The notes under the pieces are model-generated. The model had not been told where the DNA came from. It worked only from the letters and a program-made list of their open reading frames with translations, and searched no databases. A stretch of 64,000 nucleotides of DNA, from contig CAYILR010000003.1 of NCBI GenBank assembly GCA_964364175.1, positions 64,097-128,096 of the forward strand, read 5' to 3'. The DNA is from an uncultured Bacteriovoracaceae bacterium (lineage in GTDB: Bacteria; Bdellovibrionota; UBA1018). The position numbers were made by a program, and so were the translations under genes. Positions 8,736 to 17,691 of this stretch are shown piece after piece (the first letter of the stretch is position 1; each line of letters begins with the position of its first letter).

Positions 8736-9515
8736 ATGAAAAAACTGATTTTTGTCATTTCGATGAGTTTGGTACCAAGTTCAGCGTTTGCTGAAGAACA
8801 TTCAGTAGAAGATTTCGTCAAGGAAACCGTGCCACGGACCTTCATGCCGGCAAGTTTGGAAGATCACCTAGGGCTGTATGAGCAGGAACACCTTTCCAAT
8901 CTCAATCTCAAAATAACTGCTAATAGCGATCTAACTGCAGACCATTTCATCTTTCTTTCAAAAGATCCAAAATCAAAAAAAATAAATGCTTATGAATTGA
9001 TCTATTCGATCCGATCCAATGATCCAGAAACCACCTGTCAGGTACATACCACCATGTTTTTTGAAAACCCAATCACTGAAGCAGAATTCGGACTCAGTGC
9101 TAACGGTAAGTTCAACCAATATCTCCATATTGCCAAAGGATTTCGGATTACAATCGGAAAAAATGCAGTCTTGGCGGATGGTCATCCAGAAGAGAACTCA
9201 TCTCTATTTTATTTCAATGATCGTCATAGAGCCGTCAACAAAGCAACTCTCCTCGGCCCAGACGACTTAGTTTCTTTGAAGTGTTTTCATAGCAACGATC
9301 CAGAACGCAGAGCCATCAACTTGAGAAATAAGACTCTCGCCGAATTGAAAAAATACATCGGACAAGCCTTCAAAATTGAAGCTCGTAAAACATCGACGCC
9401 CTATACTCAGAATCCTGCCGCTTCGCTACTCAATAGCTCGGATAAAAAACCAAGCATGACGACCGAGCGCCTGCTCATGGATGCAACTACTAAAACCAGC
9501 GTGGGCGCGATATAG
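8736..9515 (+). CDS. Secreted hypothetical protein, paralog A of a tandem pair with conserved leader and conserved C-terminal tail
   Basis: Start reassigned to the ATG at 8736 (MKKLIFVISMSLVPSSAFA signal peptide), preceded by the SD AGAGAGG. The ORF-track start at 8559 is an upstream readthrough. C-terminus ...RLLMDATTKTSVGAI is shared with the paralog at 10248-10940. Confidence 0.7.
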   Translation: MKKLIFVISMSLVPSSAFAEEHSVEDFVKETVPRTFMPASLEDHLGLYEQEHLSNLNLKITANSDLTADHFIFLSKDPKSKKINAYELIYSIRSNDPETTCQVHTTMFFENPITEAEFGLSANGKFNQYLHIAKGFRITIGKNAVLADGHPEENSSLFYFNDRHRAVNKATLLGPDDLVSLKCFHSNDPERRAINLRNKTLAELKKYIGQAFKIEARKTSTPYTQNPAASLLNSSDKKPSMTTERLLMDATTKTSVGAI

Positions 9516-9609
9516 CGGGAACAATCCGCTCGTGCTCTTGACTTGAAAAAAAATCCATCTTGGATAAGATGGTATTCAAGATATCCAAAAGCCTCTGAAA
9601 TTCACGACC

Positions 9610-10095
9610 ATGACCAAAAAACTCCTGATTGAAGCTATTTTAAATCAGTTGAGAAAAGAAATTCAAGCGCTCGAGCTTTCTGCACAGGCAGCACACGCCG
9701 CCGCAACTCACGAGGAAAGCAAAGCCGAAGATTCACACGACACTCGTGGTCTCGAAGCTTCTTATCTCGCTGGAGCTCAAAACGCTCGCATCGAGACTCT
9801 CAAAAAAAATCTGACCTACTATCAATTCACTGAATTTCGCGACTTTCAGCCCAACCAGTCGATTGGGCCTGGCGCATTGATCGAGATCAACTCAGAGGCT
9901 GGCAAGCCTTCCTATTATTTCTTGGTGAGTCAGTCGGGGGGAATGACAGTTTCGTTGGATGGCATCAAGATTTTGGTGATTACCCCCCAGGCACCCCTAG
10001 GTGAAGCATTACTCGATCGGCACGTTGGAGACGAAATCGAAGTCGAGACCCAGAACGCCGGAACCCGGGAATACGAGATCATTTCAGTGATCTAG
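9610..10095 (+). CDS. GreA/GreB-family transcription elongation factor-like protein
   Basis: 161 aa. N-terminal coiled-coil region (...SKAEDSHDTRGLEASYLAGAQNARIETLKKNL resembles HGDLSENAEYHAAKE...). C-terminal FKBP-like motif VSLDGIKILVITPQAPLGEALLDRHVGDEIEVETQNAGTREYEIISV is typical of the GreA C-terminal domain. Confidence 0.65.
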   Translation: MTKKLLIEAILNQLRKEIQALELSAQAAHAAATHEESKAEDSHDTRGLEASYLAGAQNARIETLKKNLTYYQFTEFRDFQPNQSIGPGALIEINSEAGKPSYYFLVSQSGGMTVSLDGIKILVITPQAPLGEALLDRHVGDEIEVETQNAGTREYEIISVI

Positions 10096-10247
10096 GGAGA
10101 CCCTAAAAAGTGTAAATTTTTTAGACACCTGGACAAAGACTAGTCCTTTAACGTCCTGTTAAAGAAATTTTATTTAACAAAATCAGCGTTTTACAACCAC
10201 TCTGAATGGCATATGGATTGCAACTCTGTGTACCTAGAGAGGTTTCT

Positions 10248-10940
10248 ATGAAAAAATTATTTTTTGTTATGTTACTGGGTTTGGTTTCGAGTTCGGCGTT
10301 AGCTGAGGATGGAACTGTTTCCGACAACTTGCCTCTCAGCCAAGTCAAGCAGATCCGCCTTTATTCAACAAAACCCATTTCGACTCGATCAAAAATCGAT
10401 TTCAAATTCAGTGATCGAAAAAGCTGCACCCTGCAATTTCTCAGTGACACTCCCCAACTGAATCTCCCTGCTTATCGAACCTTCGTTTTAGAAAATGCGG
10501 GCCCAGAAAATGGAAAGACCTACCATCAAGATACTTTTGTTAATGAACTCCGAACGGATGAAAATCTCTCTGCCTTGGTCAGACTCAAAAGCAACGGGGG
10601 CCTTTCACCCGAAGGGCTAGCTATTAGCAATATGTTGCTGACCTGCATCGATTTCTCTGACGAAAAAACCGTGACCGTGGGAGATTTGAAAAAAGCACTT
10701 GGATCTGACTTTATGTTGGGGATCGAACCCCAAAAACAAGCCTCAATCAAAGAACTTCTAGATGACCTCAATCCTCTTCCCAAAATTCGGGAATTTTTGC
10801 GAAACAAGCAAAGCTCCGGCCAAAACAGCCATGTTCAAGAGCAAGCTGTTTCTCTGAGGAACGATCCAGTCAAGCTCCCAGGCTCAGCAGACCGCTGGCT
10901 CATGGATGCCGCAGCAAAAACCAGCGTTGGTGCGATCTAA
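10248..10940 (+). CDS. Secreted hypothetical protein, paralog B of the tandem pair
   Basis: Start reassigned to the ATG at 10248 (MKKLFFVMLLGLVSSSALA signal peptide) with SD AGAGAGG. About 150 nt of upstream sequence and the C-terminal ...RWLMDAAAKTSVGAI are conserved with 8736-9515. Confidence 0.7.
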   Translation: MKKLFFVMLLGLVSSSALAEDGTVSDNLPLSQVKQIRLYSTKPISTRSKIDFKFSDRKSCTLQFLSDTPQLNLPAYRTFVLENAGPENGKTYHQDTFVNELRTDENLSALVRLKSNGGLSPEGLAISNMLLTCIDFSDEKTVTVGDLKKALGSDFMLGIEPQKQASIKELLDDLNPLPKIREFLRNKQSSGQNSHVQEQAVSLRNDPVKLPGSADRWLMDAAAKTSVGAI

Positions 10941-10984
10941 TTTCGCTTCGAAACTGACTTCGACTGAGATATACTCGGGTCAGT

Positions 10985-11299
10985 TTGAATATAAAAAGCA
11001 TTTTCTGCTACACGATGTTTTTGGTCATATTACTTTTCGGAGCAACCTCATTGCTTTCCGTTTGGGATCGCGATCTGCCCTCCGCAATATCCACATCCAT
11101 CGTCGATGGGAACTCTGATGTCGAGGACACAGACGATTTCTCACCGCAAGAAGATGAACTGAAAAAACTCGCAACCCTTCCGCAAGAGCAGGCGGCTTAC
11201 TCTCCCCTGCTGATTGATATCCTACCGATGACGCTTGCCAAAATATTGGACAGCACCATACTCGATCCCACCACGGAACCCCCTATATTTCGCATTTAA
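10985..11299 (+). CDS. Small hypothetical protein (N-terminal hydrophobic helix, acidic C-terminal part)
   Basis: 104-aa ORF in a 420-bp gap. No recognisable domain and a weak RBS; may be spurious. Confidence 0.3.
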   Translation: MNIKSIFCYTMFLVILLFGATSLLSVWDRDLPSAISTSIVDGNSDVEDTDDFSPQEDELKKLATLPQEQAAYSPLLIDILPMTLAKILDSTILDPTTEPPIFRI

Positions 11300-11362
11300 T
11301 CCGTCATTGATCTAATTTCTCACTCGATTTAAATTTTTAACTTTCTAAGAAAAGAGCATTTT

Positions 11363-13576
11363 ATGCGATTGAATCAGTTTTTACATACAGATTTTGGAGT
11401 CAAAAAACTTCTACCCGAATGGAAGAAATTTTTCTCAAAGCAGTACCTACGCGAGGACTTTTTTGCCGGTATCATGGTGGCTTGTGCTGCCGTTCCGCTC
11501 TCGCTAGCCATCGCACTTGCCTCGGGGGTCAAACCCGAGATCGGGTTGGTCAGCGCGATTGTTGGCAGCGTTTTCTGCGCCCTCTTTGGTGGCACGAGAC
11601 TATCGGTCAGCGGTCCAGCAGCAGCCATGACAGTCTTGATCGCCTCAGTGGTGCAAGAATACGGAGTCGGCGGACTGCTCGTCGTGGGGTTTGGATGTGG
11701 ACTGCTCCAACTTCTCACTGGGTTTTTCGATCTCGGCAGGCTGATCCGATTCGTTCCTGCTCCTGTGATCGAAGGATTCATCGCTGGAATTGGGGCCATC
11801 ATTCTCATCGGGCAATTGCCTAGGGCCTTGGGGCTTCCAGCGCCAGACCAAGCTCACGTGTTCAGCGTGATTTCGCATATTTTTGATCTATTTCACGAAG
11901 CCAAACCTGCTGCAGCCTTCCTTGCGGTAGGAACCATCGGTTTTACAGCATCTCTGCTTCGTTTTTCTCCAAAATTTCCTGCCTCGCTTGCTGCGGTTCT
12001 ACTCTTTTCTCTTTGTTCCTACCTCATGGGATTTCACGTCGAACTGATTGGCCACATTCCCAATCGATTGCCCACGCCTCATTTTCCGCCACTCCCTAGC
12101 GAAGGCCTGCTGTCGCTGATGGGAACCACTCTCGCTGTTTACACCCTAGCTTCGCTCGAAACACTCCTCTCCTCCAGCGCAATGGACAAACTCACCCAAG
12201 GACGGACCGATCCTCATGATCCGGATCAAGAGATGATCGGCCAGGGCCTCGCCAATATGGCAGTCACTCTTTTCGGCGGCATTCCGGTGACTGGTGTGAT
12301 CACCCGCTCTGCCCTCAACGTTCAGGCAGGCGCACGCACTCGGCGCTCGGCGCTCATTCACGCATTTTTCCTAACTTTGACGATCTACCTGCTTTCCTCT
12401 TGGATCGCACAAATTCCGATTGCAGTTTTGGCAGGAGTTCTCTTGTTCGTCGCCCTCCGGATGATCAACCCTAGCCCGCTCATTGAGCTTTGGCGCTCCT
12501 CCAAATCTGACGCAGGCATTTATGCTGTCACCTTTCTGATTATTGTCTTCGTCGACTTGTTGGCCGGCGTGCAGGCGGGACTCATGGCCGCGCTCCTGAT
12601 CGCAGCCATTCGGCTGGGACAAACTCGATCGTTGGTCCACTTTTCCAGGGGAGACGGACCTTGCCAAGTCGGGATCGCGGGTCCGCTGACCTTCATGTCG
12701 TCTTCAAAAATCGAGCTAATTCGCCAGCGCCTCATCAAGGAAGACTTGCAGAAAGGGCTCGTGTTCGATTTGTCCGCAGTGACGACTGTCGATACATCCG
12801 GTGTAGGGCAGTTTATGGAACTACTCAAACAGCTGATCGATCAAAAAGCTCCCATCACCTTACAAGGAACCCCAATTGAGTGTGAACGAATGCTGCTCTC
12901 GCTTGATCGCAAAGGAGTGATAGAAAAACTATTTAATACACAAAATCAATTAAGCCCGATCAATCGGCTGATCTACGGTGTAGAGCGATTTCGGCGTGAA
13001 TCTCGCCCGCAGTATCAATCTTTGCTAAATAAATTGGCTGAGGCGCAAAAGCCGCACACCCTCTTTATTACCTGCTCCGACAGTCGAATTCACCCCAACC
13101 TCATCACGAGCACCGACCCGGGAGAGCTCTTCATCGTCAGGAACGTGGGGAACATCATCCCTCCTTTTGGTGCCGATCAGCTTCCGTCCGAGGGAGCGGC
13201 CCTTGAATTTGCAGTCTCAGTCTTGGAGGTCAGCCAGATTGTTCTTTGTGGGCATTCGCAATGCGGAGCCATCAAAGAAACTCGATCGGGTCATATCTTT
13301 GAACCCGAACAAGCCAGTCAGCTGCCGAGCGTCTCCCAATGGCTAGGTGACATCCGGCATCTCATTCAAAGTCTGCCATCCGGGAGCACGGTCAACGAAG
13401 CATCACAGGCCAATGTGATGCATCAGATCGCCAACCTAAAAACCTACCCAGCAGTCTTGGACAAACTCAAGAGTGGAAAACTGCAAATTCACGCATGGTT
13501 CTATGATTTAGAAAAATCGGACATCGAGGAGTGGAGCGAAGCCAAAAAATCTTTCGTGCCACTCGGCTCGCGCTAA
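11363..13576 (+). CDS. SulP-family anion transporter with STAS domain fused to a C-terminal beta-class carbonic anhydrase
   Basis: 737 aa. Multiple TM segments and SulP-like N-terminus (…FAGIMVACAAVPLSLAIALASGV…). STAS-like region (LVFDLSAVTTVDTSGVGQFMELLKQL). C-terminal CSDSR and HxxCG motifs (FITCSDSRIHPNL...LCGHSQCGAIKE) are diagnostic of beta-CA. Confidence 0.9.
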   Translation: MRLNQFLHTDFGVKKLLPEWKKFFSKQYLREDFFAGIMVACAAVPLSLAIALASGVKPEIGLVSAIVGSVFCALFGGTRLSVSGPAAAMTVLIASVVQEYGVGGLLVVGFGCGLLQLLTGFFDLGRLIRFVPAPVIEGFIAGIGAIILIGQLPRALGLPAPDQAHVFSVISHIFDLFHEAKPAAAFLAVGTIGFTASLLRFSPKFPASLAAVLLFSLCSYLMGFHVELIGHIPNRLPTPHFPPLPSEGLLSLMGTTLAVYTLASLETLLSSSAMDKLTQGRTDPHDPDQEMIGQGLANMAVTLFGGIPVTGVITRSALNVQAGARTRRSALIHAFFLTLTIYLLSSWIAQIPIAVLAGVLLFVALRMINPSPLIELWRSSKSDAGIYAVTFLIIVFVDLLAGVQAGLMAALLIAAIRLGQTRSLVHFSRGDGPCQVGIAGPLTFMSSSKIELIRQRLIKEDLQKGLVFDLSAVTTVDTSGVGQFMELLKQLIDQKAPITLQGTPIECERMLLSLDRKGVIEKLFNTQNQLSPINRLIYGVERFRRESRPQYQSLLNKLAEAQKPHTLFITCSDSRIHPNLITSTDPGELFIVRNVGNIIPPFGADQLPSEGAALEFAVSVLEVSQIVLCGHSQCGAIKETRSGHIFEPEQASQLPSVSQWLGDIRHLIQSLPSGSTVNEASQANVMHQIANLKTYPAVLDKLKSGKLQIHAWFYDLEKSDIEEWSEAKKSFVPLGSR

Positions 13577-13620
13577 GCTGCCATCAAACACTTGGCTCGC
13601 GCTAAGCTGCCATCAAAACA
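13562..13620 (+). repeat. 29-bp tandem direct duplication spanning the stop codons of two convergent genes
   Basis: CTCGGCTCGCGCTAAGCTGCCATCAAACA / CTTGGCTCGCGCTAAGCTGCCATCAAAACA. The first copy contains the TAA of the SulP-CA gene (13574-13576); the second contains the stop of the minus-strand phosphatase (13602-13604). It is followed by the hairpin GGAGCACG-N15-CGTGCTCC (13623-13653). Confidence 0.7.
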
Positions 13621-14159
13621 GAGGAGCACGTTTTCAATTTCCGAGCGTGCTCCCAATAAAAATTTTCGAGTTCTTGGAATTGCCAAGCCGGCTTGTATCC
13701 CATCGATCTCCACTCGGCATAAGCTTGCTCGGGCGTCCAACCTTGATATTTGACTCGATAGAGCGCCGAAATCATCCCGGTCCGGTCTCTGCCAAAGTAA
13801 CAATGAATGAACACAGGCTGCAATTCTGCACGATTCATCAATTCCAAAATCTGATCTACACGGGCCGCACTGGGCGCTCCCAAAGCGGGGGGAATCGGCA
13901 GATTAATAAACTCAATGCCTGACTTCGCGAGCAACTCTTCTTCGCCTCGAACATTCCATGGCATGGTCTCAAAGCTGATAATCGTTTTGATTTTCAAAGT
14001 ATCAAGAAGAGCCAAGTCCTTGAAATCCTCTGGCTTCGATCCTCGATAAATAGCACCTGACTCAATCGTAGCCAGATTCTTGATTTCTGCGTGAGCTGTC
14101 GAAGTAAAAACAGCAGAAGTAAAAACTAAAAGCGGTAGCAAAAAGCTAAAAAATGTCAT
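13602..14159 (-). CDS. Secreted protein-tyrosine / dual-specificity phosphatase-like protein (CX5R active site)
   Basis: 185 aa. Signal peptide MTFFSFLLPLLVFTSAVFTSTAHA and a P-loop HCYFGRDRTG (C-X5-R-T-G). Confidence 0.8.
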   Translation of the reverse strand: MTFFSFLLPLLVFTSAVFTSTAHAEIKNLATIESGAIYRGSKPEDFKDLALLDTLKIKTIISFETMPWNVRGEEELLAKSGIEFINLPIPPALGAPSAARVDQILELMNRAELQPVFIHCYFGRDRTGMISALYRVKYQGWTPEQAYAEWRSMGYKPAWQFQELENFYWEHARKLKTCSSVLMAA

Positions 14160-14203
14160 TCCATACCCCCAAACACGGGGCTAGCACGAGGTCAGCGTGG
14201 AGA

Positions 14204-17200
14204 TCAAGGCTTCTGAGGCGCAGGAATGATCTTGGATCCAGTATAATTGTGCGTTAGCAGCGAAGCGCAGGTGTGAGTCACCCCTTTGACCGCGGGCATC
14301 CAACCAAAAAGCTCATCGATTTTCTGAATCCCCAAATACACCCACTCAGTGGGTGTATTGCCCCCAAAAATAATGCGCGACAACGATCGCGTTCCAAACT
14401 GAGCCGTCGTCATATGTTCGAAATTAGTCAGGAAACTTCCCAGTAAGTTGGTATAAATCCGATCAAAAATATTGAAGACCAGCCTTCGTTTGGTGACCTT
14501 TTTATTGAAAAATTCCAGGACCCGCGGATGCGACCGCAACTTCTCCGGGAAGTCTTTGAGGTCGTAATAAGCAGCAAGCTCAAATCCCTGTTCGACCTTC
14601 ATCGAAAATCCACCCAGAGGCAACAAGTACGCGCTCAAATATCCCATGAGATAAATATCCAAATCAAATCGCCCCAGGGTCAGCAAATTCGTAGCCATCA
14701 TCAAAACAAACGCTGCAGGCATATTGGCCCAAATAATCCGTAGGTATTGTTTCTCGTTCTTCCACCAACTGTTTTTGGGATCAGCAAAAGCTTTTTTCAA
14801 ATACCAGGAGAAGAATCCTTTTTTCGCGTCAGGGCCTTCGGGAACTTGTCCGAAATCATCATTATGAAACTCATCTTGCTGCAATTTGTACCAAACGTCT
14901 CCAAGGACTCCCATGATCACACCAGTCAAGTAGCCGGTTCCGAAAATATATTTTGAGAGGTAGAACCAAGAATCACTGCTGAACATCTGATCCTGAATGG
15001 GCATCAAAAATCCGGAAGTGATTCCGGCGAAACACAGGAAATTGAGAATCAGTCCCAACGGCTTATCAATGACATTCGCGGCAATCATCGAACGAACCGC
15101 ACGCCCCATGGCCAACGGATCTTTCATCTGCCTCGCCACTGACATCAGTCGAGACACCTGTGGATTGCGATCTGGATCGACCTTTGCAATGAAGTGATCT
15201 CGAAACGCGATTTTGGCAGCATCAACGCGCGGGGAAAACAGCCGCTCTTTCGCTTCTTTTTTGATACGCTCGAATACAGTGCCATCGTCACGAACCAGAG
15301 CATCTGCATCGACTGTTTCCGGAGCCAGCTCCTGAATGTGAGCCAAAGTCAGCTCTTTCAATCGCCCTGGCGTCAATTCCAGATCTACGGGAATTTGCGC
15401 ACCGTTTTTTCGCGCCAGGCTTTTCAAAAACGAAGTCATCGCAGAATCAAAAAGCTCCTCAGAGTATAACCGAAACACGAGCCGTTGCTCCTTGCTAAGC
15501 AAGTCCAATTGCTCAGCATCGATGTACGCCGAGTCCGGCCGCTCCTCGGTCCAAGCGCGCAGTTTCTCGTGTGTCTGCATCCACGGAATCATCGCATGGT
15601 GGGCTCTCTGAATTGCAGCCTCACGGATTTTGGCTTCCACCCCAAGGATGCGATCCTCCCAAGCTCTCAGGGCCTCAAGTTGCTGACGAGCAGAACCTCC
15701 ATTTTTCCAACTACGGCCCTTCCAGCGCATGGCAATCTCTTGCACCCAGTTGCGAGTGCCGCCGTTCCACTCAGATGGAACAATCAGATCAGCCCCTTTT
15801 TTTCGTGCTGAACCTTTGAGAATCGTGCTCATGTACTTGGGGTACATCAAGTAGGTCATCCAAATCGTGGGTCGAAACAAAAACGACCTCAAAGCGAACC
15901 AACCGTTTTGAATATGAGTGTAGGTGGCTCCAGATAAACTCAAAGAAGCATAACTAAAGAAAAAATGTCCCAGTGCTTGGCGAAATGTCGAAATTTGAGA
16001 ATCTGATTTTTTCTCAAGCTTTTTGAGGAATCCCCAATCGCGAATTTTCCCGACGAACTTTTGTGCCCAGCTCTGATGCTCGGTTTCGATCTGAGCGAGA
16101 ATTTCGCTCACTTGCACTTCGTCTTCAGGAGTAAACACAGCCCGCTCCGAATTCAATTTTTTGGACTCGGCACCCGCAAGTATTTTGATATAATTTTCTT
16201 TTCTCTCTTTTTCACGCGTGATGAACCAATTTTTAAACCGACCGGACTCAGAAAGATCCGCTTTCCGTAAATCCTTAACCAACGCCACTGTGTTCGTAAT
16301 CACATGCGGCATTCCGAGCGTCAGATAGAGAGTCGTAAAAATCGCCGAGATCCCGACCAATGCTCGCGGCAGTCTTTCGGGAGATAAATAAGCATCATAG
16401 ATCAAACCCGGATTCGTCATCCACGCCGTCGTGGTGTGACCCGACAGCGACGCCATAGTGCCTATGTCACTCCCCTTGGCCATGATCACATCCAGAATCG
16501 TCCGAGTCACATTGAGCGACTGGTACAGATAACGCGTCACAGATTCCGGATACAGATAACCGAGCACTGCTGATCCAGCGATTGCAGCTCCCAGCGCGCC
16601 ATATCGAACTGCTGGACGAGCCAAAATGTTTTTCAAACCGTCCTTCATCAAGCCCGCACGCACCATCGCAACTGCTTGAGCAATCTTGATCGGCGCATCC
16701 CGGTGAGGCAGAGTCAGACGCTGCCAAAGCAGCTGAACCCGCGCACTCAGCTTACGCTCCATCGCAGTCTGTTTTTGCACGGTCTGAATAGCTTTTTTGA
16801 CCTGATCGGATTCTTGAAGCTGGCTGATGGTTGCCAACCGATCCCGCATATTGCCCGCAATCGTCAGACCTCGAATCGGATTGTCATCGAGGTTTTGGAT
16901 TTGCTCGACCATGCCTTCGCTGGCGAGTTCAATGGCTTGATTGAAATAGCTGTCGAAGTCTTCTAGTAAATCACCTAGATCGGTGTAAGAATCCGGATCG
17001 ACGAGGTTGGCCGTGAACCGAAACGCCACCTGTTGAAGATTCGAATAAAAATTCAAAATTTCCGGGCCGATTTGAAACTCACCCGCTTGTAGATAAAATC
17101 GACCAGTCGCAGAATCAAATTCCACCGATATCCGAGATTGGGGAGTCAGGCCCTTCATTCGGATTTTGAAAACCGGGATCATGGTCTGGCCCAAATTCGC

Positions 17201-17656
17201 CTCGTAGGCTTTGAGATCCATGAACTGAATTTCAGAAGAATCCGGATCTAACCAAACCAGGAATCGATTTTGGAAAATCAGCGGATCCTGAACCTTGAGG
17301 TCGAGTTTCAAAAGGCTGTAACGGCCTGCATAGAGTTCCGTTCGTCCCGCTTCGTCGGTTCGAATCTGAACTCGCGAAGTCAGAATGGACAAAGGGGTTT
17401 TCTGATCGCCATGAAGCTTGGGAACGAATTGATCGAGAAGCCGAAATGTATCAAGTGCTTCTGGAGCTGGAGCCGCATCTTCGGTGGCAAGAACTTGCTC
17501 GACCGCTGGCTCTGATGTCTCGTCTGACGTTGTCGTGGTGTGTGCGGGAACGTCATCTGCCCACGCAGCCTCGGAACGAATCCAAGACGCGGGCATAGCG
17601 ATCTGAATCGCTAAGACTAAAGCGAGAATTTTCCGGCTCCACCAGTTCGCAATCAT
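14204..17656 (-). CDS. Large (1150 aa) hypothetical integral membrane protein with an N-terminal signal peptide, a periplasmic domain and two clusters of TM helices
   Basis: Long uninterrupted ORF. Signal-like N-terminus MIANWWSRKILALVLAIQIAMPASW. Hydrophobic segments near aa 360-460 and aa 870-1010. No recognisable catalytic motif. Confidence 0.8.
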   Translation of the reverse strand: MIANWWSRKILALVLAIQIAMPASWIRSEAAWADDVPAHTTTTSDETSEPAVEQVLATEDAAPAPEALDTFRLLDQFVPKLHGDQKTPLSILTSRVQIRTDEAGRTELYAGRYSLLKLDLKVQDPLIFQNRFLVWLDPDSSEIQFMDLKAYEANLGQTMIPVFKIRMKGLTPQSRISVEFDSATGRFYLQAGEFQIGPEILNFYSNLQQVAFRFTANLVDPDSYTDLGDLLEDFDSYFNQAIELASEGMVEQIQNLDDNPIRGLTIAGNMRDRLATISQLQESDQVKKAIQTVQKQTAMERKLSARVQLLWQRLTLPHRDAPIKIAQAVAMVRAGLMKDGLKNILARPAVRYGALGAAIAGSAVLGYLYPESVTRYLYQSLNVTRTILDVIMAKGSDIGTMASLSGHTTTAWMTNPGLIYDAYLSPERLPRALVGISAIFTTLYLTLGMPHVITNTVALVKDLRKADLSESGRFKNWFITREKERKENYIKILAGAESKKLNSERAVFTPEDEVQVSEILAQIETEHQSWAQKFVGKIRDWGFLKKLEKKSDSQISTFRQALGHFFFSYASLSLSGATYTHIQNGWFALRSFLFRPTIWMTYLMYPKYMSTILKGSARKKGADLIVPSEWNGGTRNWVQEIAMRWKGRSWKNGGSARQQLEALRAWEDRILGVEAKIREAAIQRAHHAMIPWMQTHEKLRAWTEERPDSAYIDAEQLDLLSKEQRLVFRLYSEELFDSAMTSFLKSLARKNGAQIPVDLELTPGRLKELTLAHIQELAPETVDADALVRDDGTVFERIKKEAKERLFSPRVDAAKIAFRDHFIAKVDPDRNPQVSRLMSVARQMKDPLAMGRAVRSMIAANVIDKPLGLILNFLCFAGITSGFLMPIQDQMFSSDSWFYLSKYIFGTGYLTGVIMGVLGDVWYKLQQDEFHNDDFGQVPEGPDAKKGFFSWYLKKAFADPKNSWWKNEKQYLRIIWANMPAAFVLMMATNLLTLGRFDLDIYLMGYLSAYLLPLGGFSMKVEQGFELAAYYDLKDFPEKLRSHPRVLEFFNKKVTKRRLVFNIFDRIYTNLLGSFLTNFEHMTTAQFGTRSLSRIIFGGNTPTEWVYLGIQKIDELFGWMPAVKGVTHTCASLLTHNYTGSKIIPAPQKP

Positions 17657-17691
17657 GAAGGGTGGCTTATAGCAGGGCTATGGAAGAATGG

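Noticed and set aside
10096-10140. Weak palindrome TAGGGAGACCCTA after the GreA-like gene as a terminator
   Set aside because: The stem is only 4-5 bp with no T-run; it is more likely part of the conserved leader of the downstream paralog.
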